A stretch of DNA of 64,000 nt from Pristiophorus japonicus (Eukaryota), in the NCBI RefSeq assembly GCF_044704955.1, contig NC_091999.1:65410001-65474000 (forward strand). The letters run 5' to 3'. Shown piece after piece: positions 37,725 through 50,399 of this stretch. Position 1 is the stretch's first letter. Each line of letters starts with the position of its first letter. Both the position numbers and the translations under genes were made by a program. The notes under the pieces were generated by a model. It had not been told where the DNA came from. It did no database searches and saw only the letters and a list, made by a program, of their open reading frames with translations.

Positions 37725-39720
37725 ATCTTACATTAGTACCTGTATAATTTATACTGCATTAGATCCTGTCTCCATTTACATTATATTAGACACTGTCTCA
37801 GTTATGACTGCAGCAGAATTTATACTTAGTACAACAGACCCTGTCTCTGTTTATATTACACTAGACCCTGTCTCCGTTTACATTACCCTCAAACCTGTCT
37901 CAGCTTTACTGCAATAGAAACTGTCTCAATTTGTATTACACTCAAAGCCGTCTCTTTCAATATGACGGTAGCTCCTGCCCCAGTTCTTATTGCGTTAGAT
38001 CGTGTCTTTTTTTATATTACACTAGACCCTGCCTGTTTATATTACACTCCAACCTTCTATGTTTATATTACACTGGACCCTGTCTCTGTTTATATTACAC
38101 TAGACGCTGTCGCTGTTTATATTACACTAGATCATGTAAATGTTTACATCACACTAGATCCTGACTCTATTTATTTTACACTAGTCCCTGTCTCCGTTTT
38201 ACTGCACTCGACAGTGTTTTCGTTGACATGACATTATACATTTTCACATTTCTTACTGCACTAGACCTGTTCTGTATCTTTATTACACTAGGCTCCTTCT
38301 CACTTATTACTGCATTTGACAATGTATGTGTTTATATTAAACGAGAACATGTCCCTGCACATATTGAACAAAACATTGTCGTTGTTTATATTACACGAGA
38401 CGCTGTCTCTTTGTATATTACACTAGACCCTCTCTCACATATTACTTCACTGGACATTGCCCCAGAAATCGTGGCCTCCCATGTCCGTACGAAATTTCTA
38501 CAGACCTGGGAAGACATCGTAAATGTCGTTTTCCAGTGCACAATATGCAAGCGCTGAAAAACGGCTTTTCCAATCCGTCAAGCTGGAGATTGAGAGATGA
38601 TCTACACATCGGGAGCGAGGACACCTGTTTGGGCAAGATTGTGGGATTTATCCATATCTCGCCCAGAAAATGTCCTCAAAAGTCTTGCACGTGAAAAAGC
38701 AGGCGCACAAACTACTTTTACAGGCGCAAGTGCTTAAAAACATACACAACTATAATGAAATAAAATTAAATAAACACATTGTATAGTTAGAAACTCTGTC
38801 CACTAAGGGAAGATTATTTTATCGCTATTTCCAAAACTCTTTTTAAAAATCGGAAACATTAATAGTAGTTATGTGAGGTCTGTTTGTTTACTTTTTTTTA
38901 GTATGTTTTTTTGCAATGAGAACTCTTAGCTACGGAGTTCGCATTGCTATTAATGGGAAAGTAGTGGAATACAGTACCTGATTGGCAGAGTAGTGATACG
39001 TGACTGCATCTTCTGTGTGGGAACCCTCCAACGGGAGCATGCTTCACACGCAGGAATAAAAGGCCTCCCCAATGGAAGTGCAGGCTCCTGCCGGACCAAC
39101 AGATTATTTTGTAGAAATGTTTCTGGGCTGTGGAAACTACCTGCGGGAAGCCTCCGACTGCAATTTGCGGGCCACTGTCTCTGTTCACATTTAACAAGAA
39201 CCGTCTCTGTTATTACTGCACTAGACCATGTCTCTTTTTTCACTGACTAGACCGTTTCCATGCTTGGATTACACGAGGTGCCGTTTTTGTTTATTACACT
39301 GGACACTGTCTCTCTATATATTCCATTCGACCCCGTCTCTATATTGCATTAGACCATGGAGCAATTTATATTACACTTGACCCTGTCTTAATTTATATCA
39401 CAATAGATCCTTTCTCTGTTTATATTACACTAGGCCTGTCTAAGTTCATATTACACCTGACCGTGTCTGAGTTTAGCTTACGCTAAACCTTGTCTCAGTT
39501 GTTACTAACCTGTATCTGCTTATATGACACAAAGCGCTGACTCCATTTAGCTTAAACTATGCCCTGCCACAGTTATTACTGCGCTATATCCTGTCGTTGT
39601 TTACAATACGGTAGACCCTGCCTCAGTTATTATTGCACTATACTCTGTCGATGTTTACGTTGCACTAAGCTCTGTCGCAGTTATGACAACACTAGGCACT
39701 CTGTTATGTTGCAGTAACAC
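37725..39720 (+). repeat. 27-bp satellite array, interrupted by a ~720-bp insertion (~38450-39175)
   Basis: TATTACACTAGACCCTGTCTCTGTTTA units; the insertion has different composition and loosely inverted ends. Confidence 0.85.
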
Positions 39721-41500
39721 TGCATGAGGCAGAAAAGGCAAAAATACAGCTAAAAATCAACAAGGCTACGGGAGCGGATGGAATCCTTGCTGAGGCACTG
39801 AAGTAAGGCGGAGACGCATTACTGGCGCGAATGCACAACATCATATTTCTCATCTGGAGGGAGGAGAACATGCCAGCAAATCATACAGATGCAGTGATCG
39901 GAACCATCTTTAAAAACGGAGATATGTCCGACTGCGGCAACTACAGAGGAATCTCCCTGCTATCAACCACTGGGAAAGTCGTCGCAAGAGTCCTCCTCAA
40001 TCATCTTCTGCCCGTGGTCGACGAGCTCCTCCCAGATTCGCAGTGCAGATTTCCTCCCCTCCGGGGCACAATGGATATGATTTTTGCAGCGCGACAGCTG
40101 CTGGAGAAATGCAGCGAACAACGCCAGCCCTTATACATGGCCTTCTTCAAACTTACAAAGGCCTTTGACACTGTCAACCACGAGGGTCTGTTGAGCATCC
40201 TCCTCCATTTCGGATGCCCCCAAAATTACGTCACGATACTCCACCTGCTCCATGACGAAATGCAAGACGTGATCCTTACCACCGGATCCATCACAGATCC
40301 AATTCATGTCCGGACCGGGATCAAGCAGGTTTGCGTCATCGCCCCAACCCTCTTCTCAATTTTCCTCGTTGCCATGCTCCACCTCATAGTTGATAAGCTC
40401 CCCGCTGGAAGTGAGCTGCACTACAGAACCAGTGGGAAGCTACTCAACCTTCGCCGTCTCCAGGCCAGGTCCAAGACCACTCCAACCTCTGTCGTTCAGC
40501 TACAGTACACGGACGACGCCTGCGTCTGTGCATACACAAAGGCTGAACTCCAGGACCTAGTCGGCGTATTTACCGAGGCATATGAAAGCATAGGCCTTAC
40601 GCTAAACATTAGTAAGGCAAAGGTCCTACACCAGCCTGTGCTCACTGCACAGCACTGCACCCCAAACTTCAAGATCCACGGTGTGGACCTGGATAAGGTG
40701 GACCACTTCCCCTATTTTGGGAGCCTCCTATCAACAAGAGCAGCCATTGATGATGAGATTCAACACCGCCTCCAGTGCGCCAATGCAGGCTTTGGCTGCC
40801 TGAGGAAAAGGGTGTTTGAAGATCAGTCCCTCAAAATTATCACCAAGCTCATGGGGTACACAGCCATAGTAAAACACGCCCTCTGCATGGCTCAGAGTGT
40901 AGGTCCATACACAGTAGACACCGCAAGTTGCTGGAGAAATACCAGCAGCGATGTCTCCGCAAGATCCTGAAAATCCCCTGGGAGGACAGACGCACAACCA
41001 TTAGTATCCTCGTCCAAGCCAACATCCCCAGCATTTAAGCACTGACCAAACTTGATCAGCTCTGCTGGGCAGGCCACATAGTTCGCATGCCAGATACGAG
41101 GCTCACAAAACAAGCACTTTACTCAGAACACGTCCATGGCAAACAAGCCAAAGGCGAGCAGAGGAAACGTTACAAGTACACTGTCAAAGCTTCCCTGATA
41201 AAGTGCGACATCCCCACTGATTCCTGGGAGTCCTTGGCCATAGACCGCCCTAAGTGGAGGAAGTGCATTCGGGAGGGCGATGAGCTCCTCGAGTATCGTC
41301 GCAGAGAGCATGCAGAAATAAAGTGCAGGCAGCGGAAGGAGCATGCGGCAAACCAGGCTCCCTGACCACCCTTTCCCTCAACAACTATCTGTCCTACCTG
41401 TGACAGAAACTGTGGTTCACCTATTGGACTGCACAGCCACCTAAGAACTCATCCAAAGTGTGGAACCAAGTCTTCCTCGATCCTGAGGGACTGCCAATGC
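39720..41500 (+). mobile_element. 5'-truncated RTE-clade LINE (RT plus C-terminal C2H2 finger), disrupted
   Basis: 379-aa ORF 39831-40970: CGNYRGISLL, LTKAFDTVNH, GIKQVCVIAPTLF, LQYTDD; downstream CPTCDRNC...HLRTH. Confidence 0.92.
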
Positions 41501-41504
41501 TGTA

Positions 41505-41820
41505 CCCTACCACTTGTCACATTCCACTGAATCCTGTGTGTGCTTATATTACACTAGACCCTGTCACCGTTATTACTGCACCAGACCCTATCTCTGTTTA
41601 TATTATACCAAAGCCTGTCTCTCTTTATATTATGCTGGATCCTGTCGCCATTATTACTACACAAGACTCTGTCTAACGTTTTTATTACATCAGGCATTTT
41701 ATCTTTAAAATAATGCACTTGTCTCAGTTATTACACCACTAAACAATGTTATATTACATTGGACCCTCTATCTGCTTACATTACACTAGACCCTGTCTCA
41801 GTCATTACTGGACTAGAAAC
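41505..41820 (+). repeat. 27-bp satellite
   Basis: Same unit as above. Confidence 0.8.
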
Positions 41821-41835
41821 TATTTCTATTGGTTA

Positions 41836-41990
41836 GATGTACGTTTGGACGTATGAACGGACGGATGGATGGACTGACAGATGGATGGAACGATGGACGG
41901 ACGGATGGACGGAGGTAGGACGCAAGGATATTTGGATGGAAGGATGGATGGATGGGTCGATGGATGGACGGGTGGGTAGATGGATAGATC
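41836..41990 (+). repeat. (GGAT/GGAC)n microsatellite
   Basis: Visible directly. Confidence 0.9.
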
Positions 41991-42499
41991 TATATATTTG
42001 TCTGTCTGAGAGGATGAAATCATTTTGTTTGCAAGCAAACCTTTCGTTTATTTAATACATTTCAGCATCTGCAGGCAATCAATTTCTAAATGACCTAGTA
42101 TTATTTCAGTAAAATGTGTGTTGAAATGATGGGCTGAATCTTGTAACAATATTCCAGAGCTGGAGTGGGATTGAAGGAGAGGTCTAAACATGAAAAAGCA
42201 CACTGCACTTTGCACTGCTTATTATTAATTTATAGTTGTTTTACACCATATCAAATGCTCGCAGTTTTCTTAAGTTAAGATTTTTTTTCTGCCAATATTT
42301 TGCAGTTTGCATTTGTTGCATTATACAGAGTCTGGATGGGCTGCCAGTAGACTTTAGTATCTAAAAAGTACACTAACGTCCAGCTGGTTGAGAAAAAATA
42401 CTGAAAATGTCCACACCTTGTATTTGCTATAATTATACATAACATGTGTGTGTGCGTTTTTGTTTGTATGCACGAAACACGTCATTCTTAATGTTTCTT

Positions 42500-43222
42500 A
42501 GTGCAATTACATAGAGATAAATGATTATCTTAACCAATTATTTCTCAACATTTTATTTCCTTTCATTCAAAATGTAATTGCATATCGTTTAATGCCTTCA
42601 ACTTTATTGATAATCCATTGTCTTGTGCTGTTGTATCGCAAATGATGTCACACTGATCATTCCTTTACCAAGTTGACCATATCTGTCCGCAGTATTCAGT
42701 GGGAAAAGGGGTTAAATAACACCTACGATAGTGAGCAGACATCCACCAGTGTCTGTGCTTTATTGTCTAGTGATCACACCCCATCACATAGAAGCTCATG
42801 ATATTTACCTCCAGTGTGTATCATTGGTGCAAGTGATGGTAATGATGAAACTGTGATGTGAGGTTAATAAATGTGTCATTCTCTGACTTGTTATACCTCC
42901 GTTTGGAAAGGAATGAAAGATTGGAACTCTCTAGAGAATTTTGCACGATTTCTGTTTCCACAATCTCCGGTTTTTTGTACAATACCGACACTTTTCCTCT
43001 CCAACCTCTTCCAGTATTTTGGGACACATATTGGCAGGGACTTTGGATAACGTCATATTCAGTACCTTTATCCATTAAACGTGTAGATGCGCTTTTTACA
43101 TCAGCATTAAAGGAATTGAGCAAAGTGTTTATCACATTAACCTGTTTATCGAATTTTTTTACATTAAAGCTATGTAATTGTACGTCCGGACAGTATGTGT
43201 ATATAAAATCGGTGAAAAACAA
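42500..43222 (-). pseudogene. Degenerate coding-like segment homologous to 56285-56790 (+) and 43401-43490 (+); possible retroviral env relic
   Basis: Shared blocks TTTCATTCCTTTCCAAACG, TTACCATCACTTGCACCAAT, TGATCACT.GACAATAAAGC, ACAAGACAATGG. The homology is clear; the identity is inference. Confidence 0.5.
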
Positions 43223-43241
43223 ATTCTCCGCCTAGTATCTG

Positions 43242-43400
43242 ACATGCCCAATATTCAAGCAAAAAATCGCAGATGCTGGAATGTGAAATAAAAATAGAGA
43301 ATGCTGGAACAACTTAGCAGGCCAGGCAGCATTTCCTCAGAAAGAAACAGAGTTAACGCTTCCGGTGGCTGATCCTTCATAAGAACTGCGGTGCTGTGCG
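43242..43400 (+). mobile_element. Short interspersed element flanked by a 10-bp direct repeat
   Basis: GCAGATGCTGGAA...CAGCAT...AGAACTGC; CTAGTATCTG at 43232 and 43401; a related copy lies at ~44905-45030. Confidence 0.6.
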
Positions 43401-43509
43401 CTAGTATCTGTCCACAAAATACTAGAAGTGGGTCCAGAGGAACCATTGAAGGTTATAGTCAAAAAACAGGAGATTGTGGAACCAGTTGTGAAACTGGCCA
43501 AACAAATAT

Positions 43510-43780
43510 TCCCAGGCCAGGTACAGCACGGGATAGATACAGAGTAACGCTCCATGTACAATGTCCCATCAAATACTCCCAGGACAGGTACAACACGGGG
43601 TTAGGTACAGTGTAAGGATCCGTATACACTGTTCCATCAAACAGTTCTAGCACACGTACAGCACGGGTTAGATACAGAGTAAATCTCTTCCTATAATTTC
43701 TCATCAAACACTGCCAAGGCAGGTACAGCACGCGCTGTATACAGAATAGTGCTCCCTCTTCACTGTTCCATCAACCACTC
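43510..43780 (-). repeat. 67-bp satellite, ~4 copies
   Basis: CCCAGG recurs at 43511 and 43578. Confidence 0.85.
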
Positions 43781-45569
43781 CTAGATCATTGAATTCACAG
43801 GACCCATTTTAGAATAAAAAACTTCCTCTCCACACTCCCACCAATTTGGTTCGAGGTCTAGAAATGGTGCAGAAGGAAAATTTTGTTTGGCATTGACTTA
43901 TTTTTGTGAGCTAAAGGCAATGACGCATTCTTTAGAGGCAAGACAGAACGTGGGAATAGGAGAGATAGGCAGAGAGGGAGGGGATACAGGGACTCGCCAC
44001 AAAGACATTTGAGTTGTCACTATATATGGTGAACTGCATCTTTCTCCATTCTGACCATAGTACCTTTTACTCCGACAACTGAGAGAAATGTCCCCAAAAC
44101 CAATTGTTGCTGGAAAACGTTGATACATTTGCATTTATCTCTATTTATTTCTATTCTGTGTTGGTGGGGAAAGAGTTATTCTGTTTCTGTCGCTCGAGCT
44201 TCTAATCTGGGACTTCTATTTCGGTGTTTATGTATATAAACGTCTCATTGGTTTCCAGCAAGTGTTCATGGCAGCAAAACCAGATCAACAAAGTCACGAA
44301 CTGATTAGTCTCAAACCACCACAAGGGTTTATTTTAAGAATATTGAAAGCTGGTACAAAGAAATAGAAATATCTCGATCAGTGACACCGGTTTCTGTTTT
44401 CTTCAATGAAAACAGATGTGATTTATATCAAAGTGGAAATATTAAAATTAAATGTTCAGTTCTGTAAATTCTGCTGCCAAAACTAGTGGAACTTCTCTCA
44501 ACAGACGAGTATTTAACTGGATTTAGCACAAGACTTAAGCCATTTAAAATAAACCAGTTAAAACCACCAACAGAGGAGTGTCCTATCGCAACTTGTATTT
44601 ACAATTATTGGCATTTAGAACTAACTTCTAATTATAGAGCACCTTTCACGATCCCGGAATGTCCCAAAGCACTTCAAAACCAATGTAGTACGTTTGAAGT
44701 ACTGCCCCTGTTGTAATGTAGGATACATGGCAGTCAAATGGTGAACATAAATATCCCACAAACAGAATGAGATCATGAACAGAAAATATTTGTTTTATCA
44801 ATGTTGGTTGATTGATAAAACATTGTCATCGACACCGGCGTGAAAGCCCCTGCCATTTTAAGTGGTGGCGTTCAATTTGTAAATTCAACTGTGCGGGAAG
44901 TCAGCAATAAAAAGAGAAAATCCTGGAAATCTCAGCAGCTCTGAAAGCATCTGTGGAGAGAAAGAGAATAAATATTCCGGGTCTATGACCGTTCGTTAGA
45001 ACTGCACCCGCAGTATTTGTATTTTTATTTGCGAATACAGGGCCTCGATTTAATGTCTCATCCAAACGAGTTCACCAACGACAGTACAGCACTCCCTCAG
45101 TACTGCTACCGGCAGTGTTAGCCTAGATTATGTGCTCAAGGAGCGATCCCATTGTGCCCTGGCTTTAACATATCACATCTTGATTTTTAAAATGTTTCCA
45201 TTTAGCTCAGTGTGTCTAAAGTTCAATGCCTGCGCTGAGTCTTACACGGTCGGTTTAATTCCCTGGGCTAATGATCTTGTCTTGCCTGGGGTAATATTCC
45301 CGCACTGTTGTAACAGCGGATTTCCATATAGATGTCTCAGCGACTCCACATCTGGAAGTGCCCGAGGCAAGAGGACTCATGGAACTTGTGTTTTACACTG
45401 CGTGAGGTGTATCAACAGAGCAGCTGGAAGCGGGGGTTGTTATCATTAGACCGGAGAACCGAATCGAGGTGTTCAAAATTATGACGGGTTTTAATCGAGT
45501 AACTTGTTAGAAACTTTTTCAACTGGTAGGAGTTAGATTAACCACTGGACAGAGTTGTGCAACGTATTA

Positions 45570-48045
45570 GTGCAACAGTCCCTGTTTCTTTTTATATTGC
45601 ACTAGACACCGTCTCTATTTATATGCACTCGAACATCTATCTGTTTATATTACTCTAGGCCCTGTCTCTCTTTATATTACACAAGGCCATGCCTCTGTTT
45701 ATATTACAGAAGACCATGTCTCAGTTTACATTATATTAGACCCTGTCTCTGTTTATATTACAGCAACCCATCCCCGTTTATATTACATTAGACACTGTCT
45801 CTGCTTATATTGCAGTAGACCCTGTTTCTGCTTAAAGCACACCCGACACTGTTTTCAATATTACTGCACGAGTCTATTTTTCTCTCTGAATTTAACTAGG
45901 CCCTATCTGAAATATTACTGCCCTACAATCTTTCCCTGTTTATATTTCCTGCGGCTCTGTCTCAGCTTTTACTGCAATGGACCGTATTTCTATTTGTATT
46001 AGGACTTAGTCCTCGGCTAGAGCAATATGGACAGGTCTAGGCACCATATTTCAGAAACCATGCAAAGGATTTAGAAGGGGTGAAGTCGCGGTTCAACATT
46101 GTTGCCAATGATGAGGGACTTCAGTTAGTAAAGTTAAAATGTTCTCCTTGGAAGAGTGAAGTTGAATAAGAAACCCAATAAAGCTCTTCAAGATAATCAA
46201 TTGACTTGTTAGGATAAGTCTCGAAGAGCGGTTCCCTCTGGCCAATGGTTCCATCATCCTAGTCATAGATTTATGTGCACTGGCAAAAGGTCTCGAATGC
46301 TGCTTTAGTGATTACAGAACTAGACCCCGTGTTATAATAAATTAGACCCTGCTCGGTAAATATTACATTGAACCCTCCCTCAGTCATTAATACACTAGAG
46401 CATCAATTAGCCTGTATTAAACGAGGGCCTGACTGAAATATTACTACCACAGACATGTTTATATTACCATTCGCCTTATCTCAGTTATTACTGTAGAAGG
46501 CCATGTCTCCATTTATATTACATGATTTGCTGTCGCTATTTATTTTACACTCGACCCTGTCTCTGCTTATATTACACTACACCATGTGCCTGTTTATATT
46601 TCACCAGACCATTTTTCTGTTTATCTTACACTATACCCTGCCTCAGTTATTACTGCAATCACTCTGTTTTTATTCCACTCGACTATGTGGCTGTCTGTAT
46701 CACACTAGGACGTGTCTCAATTATTTCTGTCATTGACCATGTCCCTGCTTATATTATACAAACCCTGTCTCAGTTATTATTGTTAATATTACATTAGACC
46801 CTGTCTCTAACTTTATTACATTAGAACATATCTCAGTTTATATTTGTTAGTGCACATGTTTTCCTGCAAAAATCACTCGACATTCCGGGTCTGTTCCAAC
46901 GCCAAAACGGCTTTTATTGCGTCGGCGGGGAGAGAGCCTCTGCTTAACTCGAGGCACTCTACTCCACCGAACAATGAAATTCATCGATATTTATATGTTT
47001 TACAATAGTTCATTACAGTTACTCAGCCCACTTCGGCTGGACACAATCCAATCATAATGATTATAGATTACAAATAGGTTTAAATGGGCCAATAGAATAA
47101 ACCCTGGTACATCAGGGGTCTGCATGATTAGTTTGTGACTGTTGCGCGCGGATCCCTATCCGTTTGATGCTCTCCAGGCCCTCCTTAACTTCGTTGCTCA
47201 TGGATTCTGCCGGTGCATAGCTCCTATCTCTATGGTTGCTCGGCATCCTATATGAGGGTCACTGACTTGAGGACATTCCGTACTAGGTACCGCAGTGTCC
47301 TATCTACTAACTTGTCTCAAGCTATCGATTCAAGACATTCCTGAGACCGGTCTCTGCAGGTTCAGTGCTCAGTCATCAGCTTTAGCTAACTTGGCTAATC
47401 GAGCTCCCATTGTGCTAGGGCAGCTATTTTATATGTGGCCACTTTAAACCTATATGAGTTGAGATATATTCAGCAGGTACCTAATGCCGAGTGTTTTGAT
47501 ATATTCAGCAGGTGCCTAATGCCTACAACAGTATTGCACGAGACAATGACTCTGTTTGTAATATATCTTCACTATCACCACTCGAAGCCATGTATCTGTC
47601 TGATTTGTAATTGGCCATATCTATTTTTACTGTACAAGAACCTCTTTCAGTTATTACTGGATTATAATCTGTCTCATTTATTTCTGCACGAGAGCATATC
47701 TCTGTTTTTATTATATTTGGCATTTTTCATATTTTACAACAGTAGATCATGTCAATGTTATATTACACTAGACACTATCTCTATTTATATTATACTAGAT
47801 TCTCTCGCTGTTGCCAGTACATTAAACACTGTGTCTGATTCTATGCATCAGATCCTGTCTCAGTCATTAATGCATTGCACCATAGCGCTATTTATATTAC
47901 ACTAGGCCCTGTCTCTGTTGATATTACACAAGACCCTGTGTCTATTTATATTACACTGGAAGCTGTCTCTGTTTATATTGCACAAGACCCTGTCTCAGCT
48001 TATATTGCACTGGACCCTGTCTCTGTGTAAAATACACTAGATACT
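45570..48045 (+). repeat. 27-bp satellite region with embedded CR1 piece (~46005-46280) and solo LTR
   Basis: Same 27-bp unit, degenerate. Confidence 0.8.
46845..47530 (-). mobile_element. Solo LTR, 686 bp, 5-bp TSD
   Basis: TGTT...AACA termini; flanks ATATT/GTATT; minus-strand AATAAA near 46915. Confidence 0.75.
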
Positions 48046-48051
48046 AGCTCA

Positions 48052-49597
48052 TGTCATCAACATAGGCAGTCGCTCGGAATCGAAGAATATTTGCTTCCAC
48101 TCCCAAAGTGAGTTATTTGATGGCTGAACCATCCGATAAGAGAGCCACAGATCTGTTACAGTTGGGACAGACATTCGTCGACGGAAGGGATGGGTGGAGC
48201 TAGTTTTCTGCACGCTCATTCCGATGCCTGCGCCTGACCTCTTCGTGCTCTTTGTGTTGAGAGTCGAAGAGCTCAATGCCCTCCCGGATGCACTTTCTTC
48301 ACCTCGGGCGGTCTTTAGCCAGGTCTCGCAGGTGCCAGCGGCGATGTTACACCTTATCAGGGAGGCTTTGAGGGTGTCTTTGTAACGTTTCCCCTGCCCA
48401 CTGTTGTCCCGTTTACCATGAAGGAGCTCTGCATAAAGCATTTGCTTAGGGAGTCTCGTATCTGCCATGCGAACTATGTGGCCTGCGCAGCAAAGCTGAT
48501 CGAGTGTGGTCAGTGCTTCAATACTGGGGATGTTAGTCTGGATGAAGGCAATGATGTTGGTGCGCCAGTCCTCCCACGGGATTTGCAGGATCTTGTGGAG
48601 ACATCGTTGGTGATATATCTCCAGCGATTTGAGGTGCCTTCTTTACATCGTTCATACCACAGATCCATACAGGAGGACAGGTTTTACTAAAGCGCTGTAG
48701 ACCATGGTAGATTTGAGGGCTGGGTCTTCAAACACTCTTTTCCTCAGACGAGCGAAGGCTGCACTGGTGCACTGGAGGCGATGTTTAATCTCCGCATCAA
48801 TGACTGCCTTTGTTGCTAAAAGTCTCCCGAGATGTGGAAAATGGTCCACGTTGTCGATGGTCGCGCAGTGAATCTTGATGATAGGAGGACAGTGTTGTGC
48901 AGTGGAGACAGGCTTGTGGGGAACATTTGTATTACGGATGTTAAGCTTAATGCCCATGATTTCATATGCCTCAGTGAATACATTGAGTATATCATCGAGG
49001 TCAGCCTCAGAATGTGCGCAGATGCAGGCAACTTCCGCCGACTGTAGCTGAAAGACAGAGGTTGGGGTGATCTTGCACCTGGCTTGGAGGCGGCGAAGGG
49101 TAAATACTGGTTTTGCAGTGCGGCAGCTCCCGGAGAAATGCAGGGAGCATCGCCAGCCCTTTTTACATGGCCTTTTTCGACCTTAAAAAGGTCTTTGACA
49201 CTGTCAATTGTGCGGGTCTAGTGAGCGTCCAGCTCCGTTTCGAAGACCCCCAAAATTTTGTCAATATCCTTCGCCTGATTCACGATGACATGCAGGCCAT
49301 GATCCTTACCAACGGATCCATTACATACCCAATTCACATCGGAACGGGGTCGAACAGGGCTGCGTCATCGCTCCAACACTCTTCTCAAACTTCCTCGCTG
49401 CCATGCTCCACCTCACAATCAACAACTCCCCGCTGGAGTGGCACGAGACGACAGGACCAGCGGCAAGGTGTTTAACATACGCCACCTGTAGGCCAGGTCT
49501 AAGATCTGTCATTGAGCTACCGTAGGCGGATGACGCGTGCAGATGCGCACCTTCTGAGGCTGAACTCCAGGATATGGTCAATGTATTCACTGAGGCA
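48052..49597 (-). mobile_element. RTE-clade LINE with inverted 5' segment
   Basis: 48052-49105 is the antisense 3' part (MADTRLPKQMLY, HFPHLG); 49110-49597 is the sense upstream part (MAFFDLKKVFDTVN); flanks ACTAGCTCA/ACTGGCTCA. Confidence 0.85.
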
Positions 49598-50399
49598 CTG
49601 GCTCACATATTCCTGCATTAAACCATATATCTATTTAGATTAGGCCTGAGGCCATAGCTGGAAAATTATGGACAATTCTGGGCACCATATTTCCATAAAA
49701 TATAAGGGCATAAGAAAGGTTACAGCTAACGTTTAACAGATTGTTACCTGGGATGAGGGACTTCAGTTATGAGAAGAGGTGACGAAAGGTAGAACTATTC
49801 TCCTTCGAACAATGAAGTTTAAGACACAACCTAAAAGAAGTCTTCATGATGAAGAAAAGGTTTGATGGAGAAGCTACAGAAGAGTACTTCCTTCTTACGA
49901 GTGGGAGAGTAAGCAGAGGTCATAGATTTAAAAGCATTGGCAAAATATCTAGTGCACTGTTTTAGTGATTACAGCACTAGACCATCTGTGACGTTACATT
50001 ATACCCTGTCCCTGTTTAAATTACACTAGACACTGTCTCTGTTTCTATCACACTAGACCCTGTCTCTGTATATATTATAGTAGAGCCTGTTTCCATTTAT
50101 ATTACATTATACCTTGTCTAATCATTAAAGCACTAGACCATGTATCAGACTTTTATTTAAATTAAGATCTGTCTGAAATATTTCTGCTCTAGACATGTTT
50201 ATATTACCTCAGGCCTTGTCTGAATTCTAACTCACCATGTCACAGCTTATGTTACAATAGACTATATTTGTCTTTATATTATAAAATACCATGTCTCGGT
50301 CATGACTGGATCAGACAATGTATCTGTTTATATTACACTAGACCATATATCAGTGTATATAGTACTGTAAACTTTCTCAGTTTTTACCCTGTCGTTGTT

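Noticed and set aside
42821-43222. 133-aa ORF as a functional host exon
   Set aside because: The putative acceptor reads CCG rather than CAG, and comparison with the homologous copies implies frameshifts within it.
44127-44134. Perfect octamer ATTTGCAT
   Set aside because: About 11.6 kb from the VH start, beyond the gap, with no nearby V gene; expected by chance.
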